A DNA stretch of 64,000 nt from an uncultured Verrucomicrobiae bacterium (GTDB lineage Bacteria; Verrucomicrobiota; Verrucomicrobiia; Chthoniobacterales; Chthoniobacteraceae): positions 64,001 through 128,000 of the forward strand of contig CAWHEP010000004.1 of assembly GCA_963828525.1 (NCBI GenBank). The letters run 5' to 3'. Below, piece by piece: positions 42,730 through 53,136 of the stretch; the first letter of the stretch is position 1; the number at the start of each line of letters is the position of its first letter. Under the pieces are notes generated by a model, which worked only from the letters and a program-made list of their open reading frames with translations, did not search any database and had not been told where the DNA came from. The position numbers were made by a program, and so were the translations under genes.

Positions 42730-44415
42730 ATGCATTACGCTCCGCGTATCGCCGTGGCAGGGATTATCCTTGTGCTCCCTCTTCGGATGCTCTGCGGGGA
42801 GGCGGTCCCGCTTCAGAATCCATCCTCGCAAGACGCCGTTATCCGCTCGCCTACCGCGTCAGCTCACCCGCGGATCAATGGCCCTCGCGTGTTTGGCGCG
42901 CGTCCCAGCCACCCTTTTATCTACCATCTGCCCGCGACCGGCCAGCGGCCTCTCACCTTCACCGCGAGCGGGATGCCGCCGGGCCTTTCGCTCGACGCGA
43001 GCACTGGCAACATCACGGGAGTTGCCAACGCCAGCGGCACATCGGCTGTAACCTTCACGGCCACAAACAGCGAGGGTTGCGACACGGCGGAGATCACTTT
43101 CCTCATCGGCGACACCATCTGCCTGACGCCACAGATGGGTTGGAATAGCTGGAACCATTTTAGAGACCGGGTGTCGGACCAGACTGTTCGCGCGGCCGCG
43201 GATGCCATGGTCTCCAGCGGACTCATCGATCACGGCTGGACTTACGTAAATATCGACGACTGCTGGGAGGGTGAGCGCGACTCAGAGGGGAACATTCATG
43301 GCAACAAAAAGTTCCCCGACCTCAAAGCGCTCGGCGAATATGTCCATGCGAAAGGGCTCAAGTTTGGCATTTACAGTTCGCCGGGCCCGCGAACATGCGG
43401 AGGGTACGCCGCCTCTTATCAACATGAAGATCAGGATGCGCGCTCTTACGCGGGGTGGGGGATTGATTACGTAAAATACGATCTCTGCTCGTATAGCGAG
43501 CAGGTCATGAAAGCGCGGCTGCGCAAGCGGTTCGGAGATCTTTTCCAGCCCAGCGTTAAGGCGATCTATGAATCGCTTTGCGCGGAGGAGGATGATTTGA
43601 AGCGTCACCGGAAACGCGCGCCAGAGCAGGAGGCGCGCCTTAAAGAAGTAGGTTCGCGGTTGCGCGAAATGGTGAGCCAACTCGACCAATCGAAGACGCG
43701 CGCGTACGACCTCGAGGAGCAGCAGGCGCCGTATCGATTGTTCAGCCAATCTCTTTCAAAGGCGCGACGCGACATTGTCTATAGCTTCTGCCAGTATGGA
43801 AATGCGAATGTGTGGGAGTGGGGCGCCTCCCTCGGCGGCAATTCGTGGCGCACCACGGGCGATATCGAGGCGAACTGGAACAGCATGAGCCGCATAGGCT
43901 TCAACCAGGATCGTCTTGCCAGGTTCGCTGGGCCCGGCCATTGGAATGATCCTGATATGCTGGAGATCGGGAATCGGGGGTTGAATCCCGACGAGTGCTA
44001 CACCCACATGACCCTGTGGTGCATGCTTTCCGCTCCGCTGCTCATCGGGTGCGACATGTCCAGCATGGATCCGTTCACCATCAGCCTTTTCTCCAATGAT
44101 GAAGTCATCAGCGTGGATCAGGATTCGCTGGGCAGGCAGGGTGAGCGTTCAAAGGTGGACGGCAAGTCCGAGGTTTGGACCAAGCCGTTGAGCGATGGCT
44201 CGCTGGCGGTGGCGCTCTTCAACAGGGGCGAAGAGTCGGCGACTGTCCGTGCCTCATGGAATGAACTAGGTCGAGCTCCCGGGAATGACGGCAAACCGCC
44301 AGAGGCGCGTGATCTCTGGAGGCAGAAGGCGCTGCCCTCGAGGCCGGACGGAGTTGCCATGTTGGTCGCGCCGCATAGCGCCGAATTGCTCAAGGTTGGA
44401 TCGTCCGGTCACTGA
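42730..44415 (+). CDS. Alpha-galactosidase, GH27, with N-terminal putative Ig domain
   Basis: TPQMGWNSWN, NIDDCW, DYVKYDLC, WRTTGDI, WNDPDMLE. Confidence 0.92.
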   Translation: MHYAPRIAVAGIILVLPLRMLCGEAVPLQNPSSQDAVIRSPTASAHPRINGPRVFGARPSHPFIYHLPATGQRPLTFTASGMPPGLSLDASTGNITGVANASGTSAVTFTATNSEGCDTAEITFLIGDTICLTPQMGWNSWNHFRDRVSDQTVRAAADAMVSSGLIDHGWTYVNIDDCWEGERDSEGNIHGNKKFPDLKALGEYVHAKGLKFGIYSSPGPRTCGGYAASYQHEDQDARSYAGWGIDYVKYDLCSYSEQVMKARLRKRFGDLFQPSVKAIYESLCAEEDDLKRHRKRAPEQEARLKEVGSRLREMVSQLDQSKTRAYDLEEQQAPYRLFSQSLSKARRDIVYSFCQYGNANVWEWGASLGGNSWRTTGDIEANWNSMSRIGFNQDRLARFAGPGHWNDPDMLEIGNRGLNPDECYTHMTLWCMLSAPLLIGCDMSSMDPFTISLFSNDEVISVDQDSLGRQGERSKVDGKSEVWTKPLSDGSLAVALFNRGEESATVRASWNELGRAPGNDGKPPEARDLWRQKALPSRPDGVAMLVAPHSAELLKVGSSGH

Positions 44416-44608
44416 GCCTCCGGGTCACCTCCTTCGACATTTGTTGATTTCAGTAGTTCACTTTTGTCTTCCAAACAGAAGCTGATTCGTAGGCATCCAT
44501 CCTACAGGAGAATAGGAAGATTTGTTCAGCAAGCTTCTTGGCTTCGCTAGTATCTTTAAAGCGGCATGGAGCCGGGCGTGAGGCGCTCCATGCTTAGTAT
44601 AGAACGTT

Positions 44609-45541
44609 ATGGAATACCTCATCTCAAGGCAAGGGGAGCAGTATGGCCCTTATACAGACGAAGCGACGATCGGCTTTTTGCGCGATGGCCGCCTCTCTCC
44701 TGCTGATCTCGCGTGGCATGAGGGTTTGGATGAGTGGTTTCCTCTTGGATCGCTATTGGGCGAGATTGAAGCGAATTATCTAGCTGAGCCTTCGCAAGAC
44801 GGGGCGCTGGATACGGGCGACGAAGTGCCGTCAGAGAGCGGCAATCCGGAACTGCAACCCGTGACCTATCCTGCATCTCCCGCGCCCTTGCCTGCCAGTA
44901 GATCCTCCCGTCCTCGGAACGCAACCTCCTGGATGGACGTGTCAATGAATGTGGCGATTGTCCTCCTGATCGTGGGCGGAGGCTACTACTACTTCACCGC
45001 TGGCGCAGGAAAAGACGCAGGCGTGAAGTTGCGTGAAAAGGCGCGTTCCGCGCTTCAGATTGGAGCCACCGCTGTTCAACCGGCAGTGCCGACAGCGAGC
45101 GTCGCTCCATCGGTAATCCCCGTTCCGGCTGCAGTCGCAGTAGCGCCGACCGTCAACGCTGTAACGGAAGTAACTGCCCCGCCCGCGCCGGTCGCGACCA
45201 CACCTCCACCGGTTGTGGCAGAAGCCACTGCTCCTGTTGTGGCAGAAACGCCTGCCCCCGCTGCGGCAGCGGTCGCGTCCATTGCGCAGCCCACCCCTAT
45301 TGACTGGGCGGCATTCAGCCAGACGCCCGCGCTATGGCCGAGGATGGTGCTCCTTACGCATCCCGTTGAGTTTCCAGCAGTGCTGAATGGAGAGGTCGTC
45401 GGTTCTGTAAAACTACCTGCTGGAACCAGTTTGAGGCTTGCTGGTATGCACGGGGCTGAGTTGAAGCTCGAATATCAAAGCGTGATCCAGGACGTGCCGA
45501 TTGGCGCTACGGATATCGAACTGCGTATCAGGGCTGGTTGA
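44609..45541 (+). CDS. GYF_2 (DUF4339) domain membrane protein with Pro/Ala/Thr linker
   Basis: RQGEQYGPY..DLAWHEGLDEWFPL, one TM, low-complexity linker, small C-terminal domain. Confidence 0.8.
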   Translation: MEYLISRQGEQYGPYTDEATIGFLRDGRLSPADLAWHEGLDEWFPLGSLLGEIEANYLAEPSQDGALDTGDEVPSESGNPELQPVTYPASPAPLPASRSSRPRNATSWMDVSMNVAIVLLIVGGGYYYFTAGAGKDAGVKLREKARSALQIGATAVQPAVPTASVAPSVIPVPAAVAVAPTVNAVTEVTAPPAPVATTPPPVVAEATAPVVAETPAPAAAAVASIAQPTPIDWAAFSQTPALWPRMVLLTHPVEFPAVLNGEVVGSVKLPAGTSLRLAGMHGAELKLEYQSVIQDVPIGATDIELRIRAG

Positions 45542-45588
45542 GGCGGTATTCAGCCATCGGCGGGCTCTGCGGCCCGCGTATCCTCGCC

Positions 45589-45617
45589 TTGACGGAGCAG
45601 GGCTCCTCCGTTAGCCT
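45589..45617 (+). promoter_or_regulatory. Putative sigma70 promoter giving a near-leaderless bamD transcript
   Basis: TTGACG-N17-TAGCCT ending 9 nt before ATG 45627; no Shine-Dalgarno. Confidence 0.5.
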
Positions 45618-45626
45618 AGCCCCCCT

Positions 45627-46802
45627 ATGCCGAAGACACTTTTGCCCATTCTGATCCTGGCGCTCTTTCTCGTGCCCGGGTTCTCTGAAGCGGCTCTCGT
45701 GTATACACCTCAGGATGGGTGGAATTTGGAAGGCCCTGAGGGAACCGTCCAATCGCGTAATTCCGCCGACCAGATGCGCAAGGCGGAGGAATACGAAAAT
45801 GCCCGGGATTTCAAAAGGGCCATCGTGGCGTATAGGACTCTCGTCAAAAAGTGGCCAAAGTCGATGTATGCCGTCAAAGCGCAACTGAAGTATGCCACTC
45901 TCTCGGAGAAGGTGGGAGATATTGACCGCGCCTTTGAGCAGTATGGGATTTACATTTCGAAGTATCCGCGAGGAGAGGACTTCGACAAATGCGTTGAGTC
46001 CGAGTTCCGCATCGCAAAGCTCTTCCTGGAGGGCGCGAAGCAAAAAGTATTTGGCATTCCGGTCTTGGCTTCCATGACCCGCGCGCAGCAGATGTTCGAG
46101 GAGATCGTAAAGAGCGCTCCTTACAGCCCTTACGCTCCGCTCTCACAATTCAATTCCGGCGTGGCCCTTGAGAAGCAGGAAAAATATCCGGAGGCGATTC
46201 AAGCCTACGAGGGCGTTCTCTCGAAGTATCCCAGCGAGTCAGTCGCCGCCGACGCGCAATATCAGATCGGGTATGTCCTCTTAAAAGAAGCTCGACAGGG
46301 TTCGTACGACCAGGCGGACGCCACCAAGGCGCGCGAAGCTTTTGAAGACTTCATCGCTCGCTACCCGAACAGCGAGAAGGTGCCGCAGGCGCGTGAAAAC
46401 ATGGCTTCCCTTACGGGACGGCAGACGGAGAATACGTTTGATATTGCTCGCTTCTACGACAAGAAGAAAGACTACAAGGCCGCGGTCATATACTACAATC
46501 AGGTTATCAAGGAGCAGCCGGGTTCACCGCAAAGCGTCTCAGCCAAGGCGCGCATTGAAGCGTTGCGAGGCAAGGTGGGAGAGAGCGCCCTGGCGGAGGC
46601 GCCGGCGCCCGCGCAGAATGGATCGCGCGCGCAGGAAGCTCGCAAGATGCAAGCGCAGGTGGATACTGCCTCCCGTTCCGATTACTCCGGGCCTCCTGTA
46701 AGCATGCCGGAACCGACGCCTGCCGCGAAACCGAAAGTGCGGGCATCTCCGCTGGACATTGGACCCGTGCCGGCTGTGGAGCCTCCTCTCCCGAGTCAAT
46801 GA
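45627..46802 (+). CDS. bamD: Outer membrane protein assembly factor BamD-like TPR protein
   Basis: TPRs, YDQ..AREAFEDFIARYPNSEK, FDIARFY..KAAVIYY; context with lptE. Confidence 0.8.
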   Translation: MPKTLLPILILALFLVPGFSEAALVYTPQDGWNLEGPEGTVQSRNSADQMRKAEEYENARDFKRAIVAYRTLVKKWPKSMYAVKAQLKYATLSEKVGDIDRAFEQYGIYISKYPRGEDFDKCVESEFRIAKLFLEGAKQKVFGIPVLASMTRAQQMFEEIVKSAPYSPYAPLSQFNSGVALEKQEKYPEAIQAYEGVLSKYPSESVAADAQYQIGYVLLKEARQGSYDQADATKAREAFEDFIARYPNSEKVPQARENMASLTGRQTENTFDIARFYDKKKDYKAAVIYYNQVIKEQPGSPQSVSAKARIEALRGKVGESALAEAPAPAQNGSRAQEARKMQAQVDTASRSDYSGPPVSMPEPTPAAKPKVRASPLDIGPVPAVEPPLPSQ

Positions 46803-47320
46803 GGCGGGTTCATCGGCTTTTGTTAAGGCTTTCGCTCGTTCCTCTTCTGTTTGGTTCCGGGTGCGCTGGATACCACCTCGGGCCGGTGAAACCGACATTC
46901 ATGAAAGAGGTGCGCACTCTTTCTGTGCCAGCGTTTAAGAATAACACCCTCATGCCGCGGACTGAAGTCCTCGTTGCCGATACACTCATAAAGCAACTCC
47001 AACAGGACGGCACGTATGAGATCGTGCCCGATGACCGAGCAGACGCCATCATCGAAGGCTCCGTCACCAACATCCAGCGAACCCCGTCCCGCTCACTGCG
47101 GGGAAACGTGCTCGCGACAAGTGAATATACTCTGACGGTCACCCTGGAAGTGCGCGTCACCAAACGCGATACAGGCGCGTTGATCACGCGCCGGCTTTTC
47201 AATGGAACCACCAGTTTCTTTGTCGGCCAGGATGTGAACCAGGATGAGAGACAAGCTCTTCCTCTCGCAGTGCAGGATGCGGCTCAGAGTGTTGTGACGG
47301 CGCTAAGCGAAGGGTGGTGA
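46799..47320 (+). CDS. lptE: LptE-family lipoprotein
   Basis: SGCAGYHLG lipobox, VPAFKNNT, ADAIIEGSV. Confidence 0.8.
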   Translation: MRRVHRLLLRLSLVPLLFGSGCAGYHLGPVKPTFMKEVRTLSVPAFKNNTLMPRTEVLVADTLIKQLQQDGTYEIVPDDRADAIIEGSVTNIQRTPSRSLRGNVLATSEYTLTVTLEVRVTKRDTGALITRRLFNGTTSFFVGQDVNQDERQALPLAVQDAAQSVVTALSEGW

Positions 47321-47327
47321 ACCCGAT

Positions 47328-48020
47328 TTGCTTTACCTGGTAGCCACTCCCATAGGGAATTTGGGGGACATGACGCTTCGGGCGATCGACACGCTGAAGA
47401 TCGCGGATGTCATCGCCGCGGAGGACACTCGCCACTCTGGCCATCTGCTGCATCATTTTGCGATCACGGCGCCAATGGTGAGCTACCATGAACATAACGA
47501 AGCTTCGCGCACTCAGGAGCTCTTGGAGCGTTTGCGGCAGGGGGACAATGTTGCCGTCATTACGGATGCCGGCTTGCCATCCATATCAGATCCCGGCGCT
47601 CGGCTTTTAAACGCGTGCATTGCAAATTCCCTGCCTTACACGGTCATCCCTGGCCCATCCTCTGTCCTTACGGCGCTGGTAGGCTCAGGCTTTCCAGCCG
47701 AACGTTTCTTTTTCGGAGGGTTCCTCCCGGTGAAAAGCGGCCAGCGCGAGCGCGAAGTGCGTCTGGCGCTGGACCGCCACGAAACATCCATCTTCTTCGA
47801 GTCTCCATACCGTCTTCTGAAGACACTTGAGGTGGCGGGAAGCCTCGCGCCAGAGCGTCTGGTTTGTGTTGCCCGCGAGCTCACAAAGCAATTCGAGGAA
47901 TTTCGGATCGGAACTCCCGCCGTTCTGCTGGAGCATTACGCGCAACGGACCGTCAAAGGGGAGATTACGCTTCTCATGCGGGGGCGAGGCAAAAAAGAGG
48001 AGCCGATTCCCGAGCCTTAG
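47328..48020 (+). CDS. rsmI: 16S rRNA C1402 2'-O-methyltransferase
   Basis: LYLVATPIGNLGD, AEDTR, ISDPG, FESPYR, ARELTK. Confidence 0.95.
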   Translation: MLYLVATPIGNLGDMTLRAIDTLKIADVIAAEDTRHSGHLLHHFAITAPMVSYHEHNEASRTQELLERLRQGDNVAVITDAGLPSISDPGARLLNACIANSLPYTVIPGPSSVLTALVGSGFPAERFFFGGFLPVKSGQREREVRLALDRHETSIFFESPYRLLKTLEVAGSLAPERLVCVARELTKQFEEFRIGTPAVLLEHYAQRTVKGEITLLMRGRGKKEEPIPEP

Positions 48021-48048
48021 ACCTGCCCACACGGTTTCCGCTTCGCTC

Positions 48049-49578
48049 TTAAACGAGATGACGCGCCTGGCGTCGAGGCAACGTGGAGACTTCCGTTCGA
48101 ACGCGCTCCTTCCGCTGATGCGCGGAATAACGGCGCAAAAACTCTGGAGTGTCATTTCGCCCGGACCTTTGGTAATCCCGTATCAGCGCCGAGGCCACTA
48201 CTTCCTCAGGCAACCCAATCACTTCGCGGAGATAGCTAAAAAGATATTGGCATAGCGCCGCAAGGCTGATGCTGTCTGTTCTCCCGGCCTGGCGGTGCAG
48301 CCATATGCTGAATTCCATGAAACTCCAGAATGCCGATGTCCCAACCCGCCGATAGAGAAGGCTGCCGGTCTCTGGAAAATTTCCGCTGTTTGCAACCAAG
48401 TCCCAGTACCGGGCAAAACGACGCAACCGCTGCATCCCGCTGAAATCGATCAACTTATTCTGAAGTATTTCGTAAGGCGGATCGGCGGCGTAGACCATCT
48501 CCCACGTCGTGTCGTGACGCGTAATGGGTGTGCCCCGGAGCCGCTTCAGTATGCCGACCTGAATTTCCTGCGGACCTAGCGCAACGAGCCGGTCGAATCC
48601 CGCTCCGAAACTTTCCACCGACTCGCCCGGAAGTCCCGCTATCAAGTCCGCATGGACGTGCGCCCCCGTCTGCTCTTTGAGGAATGTTAAATTCTCCGCA
48701 AGCCGTCCGTAGTTCTGACGCCGACTTATCAACCGGGCTGCCTCTGGATCAAATGTCTGTATGCCTACTTCAAGCTGAAGCGTTCCGGCTGGAAACTGTG
48801 ATATGATTTCACGCAAATCCGCCGGCAGTCGATCAGGTACCATCTCAAAGTGAACGAACAGACCCGGTCGCTGACGCTCCAGGAAAAACGCGAGGATGGA
48901 TCTGCTTGTGGAGATATTCAGGTTGAAGGTCCGATCCACGAACTTGAACTGAGTGACCCCTCTTTCCATGAGCCGTTCCAGGCTTGAGAGCAACGGTTGG
49001 AGAGCGAACTGTCTCACCGGAACGTCAAGTGACGATAGGCAAAACTCGCATGTGAAAGGACAACCGCGCGACGCCTCCACATAGATCACACGGTTTGCCG
49101 CGTCATCCCGTGAATAGAGATCGTATGGCGTTGTCACCTTGTTCAAATCGGGTATCCCCGACGGGATGATCTTCGCGCTGGGCGCCTCGTTCTTGAGCAC
49201 CGCCCTGCACACTCCCACGAAAGTGAGATCCGCCTCGCCTGTCACCACGTAATCGGCGAGAGCAGTGATGCTCTGACCCTCTGTCTCGTAACTCACCTCC
49301 GGGCCTCCCAGGATCAGTGTCACTTCCGGCCTTATGCGTTTCAGCAGGCCCGCAAGTTCAGTCGATTGCGCGGCATTCCAGATATATACTCCCAAACCCA
49401 CGATCCGCGGATTTTCCGCAAGTATGCGCTCCGCGATTTCGATCGGGCGCTGCTTTATTTCAAACTCAAGCAGCTGCGTATCGGCCTGCAGTTCTGCCAT
49501 GTTCGCCAGCAGATAGCGCAAGCCGAACGAAGCATGAATGTACTTCGCGTTGAGCGTTGAAAGGACAATTCGAGGCAC
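48049..49578 (-). CDS. B12-binding radical SAM protein (DUF4080-type C-terminus)
   Basis: LNAKYIH, YIWN, LGGPEVS, EASRGCPFTCEFCLS, FVDRTFN. Confidence 0.9.
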   Translation of the reverse strand: MPRIVLSTLNAKYIHASFGLRYLLANMAELQADTQLLEFEIKQRPIEIAERILAENPRIVGLGVYIWNAAQSTELAGLLKRIRPEVTLILGGPEVSYETEGQSITALADYVVTGEADLTFVGVCRAVLKNEAPSAKIIPSGIPDLNKVTTPYDLYSRDDAANRVIYVEASRGCPFTCEFCLSSLDVPVRQFALQPLLSSLERLMERGVTQFKFVDRTFNLNISTSRSILAFFLERQRPGLFVHFEMVPDRLPADLREIISQFPAGTLQLEVGIQTFDPEAARLISRRQNYGRLAENLTFLKEQTGAHVHADLIAGLPGESVESFGAGFDRLVALGPQEIQVGILKRLRGTPITRHDTTWEMVYAADPPYEILQNKLIDFSGMQRLRRFARYWDLVANSGNFPETGSLLYRRVGTSAFWSFMEFSIWLHRQAGRTDSISLAALCQYLFSYLREVIGLPEEVVASALIRDYQRSGRNDTPEFLRRYSAHQRKERVRTEVSTLPRRQARHLV

Positions 49579-49695
49579 CGCCGCGAATCATCGCTCAAGA
49601 TGGCGCTCAGAGCAAAGCATCCCTCGCCCCGGCCTGTCAGAAAGCTGGGGTCCCGCAGATCCAAAGGGAATGCGGATAAACTCCGCAAACAGCCG

Positions 49696-49800
49696 CTACT
49701 TCTTCTTGGCGGCGGCTGGCGCCGGCGTAGGAGCCTTTTTCTTGCCAGTGTCTTTTTGGCTTTTTTTCTTCTGTGTATCTTTCGGACTTCTGTCACCCAT
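49696..49800 (-). CDS. 34-aa Lys-rich small protein (not in the ORF track)
   Basis: Manual translation: MGDRSPKDTQKKKSQKDTGKKKAPTPAPAAAKKK-stop. Confidence 0.65.
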   Translation of the reverse strand: MGDRSPKDTQKKKSQKDTGKKKAPTPAPAAAKKK

Positions 49801-49892
49801 AATGCCGAACCAATATCCCTTCCGTTAACTGACGGCAAGCGAGAAGAGGGGGCTATGGAAATTTTGGCGCGGCTCCACGTCGCGCCTGCGCC

Positions 49893-50681
49893 CTATGCGG
49901 TCGCAGTTTCTTCGATTTCACCTACTCGCAAGCTCATTCCCATGGAGTGAAAAATACTATCTCGCGTCGCAAGATAGCCCGCTGAATCAAGATCACGGGG
50001 GCGGGGCAGATCGACGTGAATGACCTCCTTGATCGTTGCGGGGCGCTTGCTCATCACCAGCACGCGATCCGCAAGTTGCACAGCTTCCTCAATGTCGTGA
50101 GTGACAAACAGAATGGTCTTCTTCTCGCTTTGCCAGATCCGAGCAAGATCAGCGCGCATTTTGAGCCGAGTGATGAAGTCCAGCGCTCCGAAAGGCTCGT
50201 CCATGTAGATTACGTCGGGATTTGCGGCAAGAGCGCGCGCGATTTCGACCCGCTGCCGCATCCCCCCGGAAAGTTCACGCGGGTAGGACCGCTCGAAGCC
50301 CCCGAGTCCCACCATTTCGATGTAGCGCTCCACTATTCGTTTCCGCTCCGGCCTTGTCTTGCTACGCAGTCCAAAGCCGATGTTTTCCCAAACTGTGAGC
50401 CAAGGGAATACCCCATTTTCCTGAAACACAAAAATCCTTCTCGGATCAGGTCCGGAGACAGGCTGGCCCTCCACCAGCACCGTTCCGCTGGAGGCGCGAA
50501 GAAACCCCCCGATGATGTTCAGCAATGTCGATTTTCCACATCCGCTCGGCCCGACGATGCAGACAAATTCGCCCGGCGCAACTGTGGCGCTTACATCTTC
50601 CAACACAGCGACATCCGCGCCGTTCCGCTTGGAAGGAAACGTCATCCATACATTCCGAACATCGACCACGGGAGCGCTCAT
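49893..50681 (-). CDS. NitT/TauT-family ABC ATPase
   Basis: GPSGCGKS, LSGGMRQR, MDEPFGALD, FVTHDIEEA. Confidence 0.95.
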   Translation of the reverse strand: MSAPVVDVRNVWMTFPSKRNGADVAVLEDVSATVAPGEFVCIVGPSGCGKSTLLNIIGGFLRASSGTVLVEGQPVSGPDPRRIFVFQENGVFPWLTVWENIGFGLRSKTRPERKRIVERYIEMVGLGGFERSYPRELSGGMRQRVEIARALAANPDVIYMDEPFGALDFITRLKMRADLARIWQSEKKTILFVTHDIEEAVQLADRVLVMSKRPATIKEVIHVDLPRPRDLDSAGYLATRDSIFHSMGMSLRVGEIEETATA

Positions 50682-51515
50682 TCGCGGTTTCCGTATCCCC
50701 AGCGGACTTCGTCGAACTTCTCGAGTTGTCTGACCACCAAATCAAGCGCCAGACCGATCAAGCCGATCATCACCATACCGGCGACGACAAGGTCGTAGCG
50801 TTTGCCGGCGTTCCGCGCGTCGATGATGAGATAACCCAGGCCGCTGTTCACGGCGATCATCTCGGCGGCCACCACTACCAGCCATGCCACCCCGAGCGCG
50901 ATACGAATGCCCGTTATGATCTGCGGAAGAGTAGCCCTGAATATCACCTGCCAGAAAAGCTCGCTCGGTCGCAACCCGAAATTCTGCGCTGCCCTTAGAT
51001 AGACGGGCTGCATATTTTGCACGGCGGCAATGGCCGAGACGGCAATGGGGAATACCGACGCCAGGAAAATAAGAAAGATGGGCGCGGCATCGGACACTCC
51101 AAACCAGAGGATGGCGAGTGGAATCCAAGCGATCGGCGAGATCGGACGGAAAATCTGGATGATCGGGTTGAAGGCTTGGAAGGCCGTCCTGAACCAGCCT
51201 AACAGAAGTCCGATTGGGACCCCTACGATCACGGCCAAACCGAAGCCGAAAGTCACACGGAAAGGGAGGCGACGATGTATTTCAGGAGCAAGCCCTTCTG
51301 CGCGAGTTCCCAGATGCCTCGCAGCACTTCGATTGGCGTTGGGAACAGATCGCTATGAGAGAGCCGTACGAGGCGTGCCAGACTACCAGGGAAAGCATGA
51401 TTACAACCAGTGGAAGTAGCACCGGCGGAAGGATACGCGCGCTCCTCTCGGAGTACCCGCCACTTTGGCCCGATGCCATTGCATTCTCTGCGAGCACCTT
51501 TGGACGCTCGCTCAT
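50678..51515 (-). CDS. NitT/TauT-family ABC permease; apparent frameshifts near 51260-51370
   Basis: RPISPIAWIPLAILWFG, VVAAEMIA..GLGY; N-terminus spread over two other frames; ATGA overlap with the binding-protein stop. Confidence 0.85.
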
Positions 51516-52559
51516 TGCCTTCCTTGCTCCCAATCCCACGCCACGATCTTGCTTTCATCTCTGGCAAACGACGCGTCCGTGTAATCCTCGAAATGCGCGG
51601 TGCCCTTCAGAATGCCGCTCTCAAGCCCAAGCGCCTCGATTTCCTCGAAGTCTTTGCGGACGAGAGCAAGGTTCGTATAGGTCACTCGATCCGGAGGCTT
51701 GCTTAGCACAAAAGTGAGCAGGCGCGGATTTTGGTTGTAGTAGTTGGCGCTGACAAACTGCGCCGCCTCCATGCGGTGCTCCATTGTCTTGTCCAGCCAT
51801 TTGCCGCTGCGCGCGATGCCTTCGACAAGTTGCTCCACCACTGCCCGATGGTCGCGGATCATGTCCTCGTTCACCGCGAGAACACAAGAGATGAAGTTCG
51901 GCCACACATCCTTCGTAAGCCATAGCACTCTTCCGTAACCATCCAGTTCCGTTTGCCCCATGAACGGCTCGCCCGATGAGATAGCGTCCACCGCTTTGGC
52001 GTATAGCGCCGCTGGCATGTCAGGCGGAGGCATTTCAACCAGCTTGATGTCGTTCACGGTCATCCCGGCCTGTTTCAACGCGCGGAAAATCAGCAGCCGC
52101 TGGTTGGAGTAGCGGTTGGGCACCGCGATTCGTTTTCCACGCAAATCCTCCATGCGATGGATGTTTGAATCCTTGTGGACCATTACGGCGGAGCCGTCTC
52201 GATGCCCCAGATAGACGATCTTGATACGCACCCCTTGTTCCCGCAGGGCGATCGCCATCGGGGCAAGGATGAATGTGGCGGGAGTATAACCAGCGAGGAA
52301 AGCCTCCTTCAACTCAGGCCACGAATTAAACCGAACCGGATCGAACGTTCCAGATCCGGTCCTCTGCTTGTTGATGAAATCAGTGACCGGGCAGGTGAGG
52401 TGGCAGGTGACAGGGAGGAACCCGATCCGAAACCGGTTGGTTTTTCCGGTATCGCTCCCGCGCTTTGTCCAACAACCCGAGGTTCAATGTCGCATGCAGG
52501 AAGCTGATTACGCAGAGCCATGCAAGACCGAACAGAAGGGTGGCGCGTTTGAGAGTCAT
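51512..52559 (-). CDS. NitT/TauT-family substrate-binding protein; apparent frameshifts near 52320 and 52440
   Basis: N-terminal TM, RIGFLPVTCHLTCPVTDF read manually, YLGHRDG, DLRGKRIAVP, GEPF. Confidence 0.85.
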
Positions 52560-52573
52560 CGCTCGTTCACCGG

Positions 52574-53116
52574 CTATGCCCACTCGATTTCAACCCGGCA
52601 GCGCTGCGAGAAACGGTCGTGGTAGAACAGTTCCTTGTTCTTGCATCCATACTCGTGCAGCAGGCGGGTCACCTTCACGTCGACGCAGCAGTATTCGGCA
52701 ATTTCGAGCATGCGACCCTCACGCCACCAGCGTATTGCCTCCAGGCCGTCCCCGCTCTTCCCCGCGCCGATGGTCGCCTTCGCAAGGGCATCCAGCTTGA
52801 GCCGGTGCCCTAGTTTCTGCTCGATGTCCACCATCAGATCCAGCGTGGGCACGTGATGCTTCAGGTCGAGGATCGTATAAGCCATCAAAACTTCGTAGTC
52901 GAAATTCACGACATTATATCCGACCACCACATCCGCCTTGAGCAACTCCTCGACAAGCCGATCCACCGTTTTCTCTGTGTAGATGCGGTACTCGCCGGAG
53001 GCCGTGCTGTAAGTGACCCCGAGCGACATGCCCATGTTCTGCTTCCGTTCCCATCCGCCCGCGTCGTTTGAGGTTCGTTGCGTTTCGAGATCGAAATAAA
53101 CGACGTTGCGGGGCAT
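52574..53116 (-). CDS. RNase H-like/DEDD exonuclease domain protein (YprB-like)
   Basis: YFDLETQ, VGYNVVNFD, YCCVDV. Confidence 0.85.
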   Translation of the reverse strand: MPRNVVYFDLETQRTSNDAGGWERKQNMGMSLGVTYSTASGEYRIYTEKTVDRLVEELLKADVVVGYNVVNFDYEVLMAYTILDLKHHVPTLDLMVDIEQKLGHRLKLDALAKATIGAGKSGDGLEAIRWWREGRMLEIAEYCCVDVKVTRLLHEYGCKNKELFYHDRFSQRCRVEIEWA

Positions 53117-53136
53117 CGAATCGCAAACAAGGCTCT

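Noticed and set aside
44564..44593. GCATGGAGC/GCTCCATGC hairpin before the GYF_2 gene
   Set aside because: It is a single copy with no U-tract and no supporting context, so no function can be assigned.
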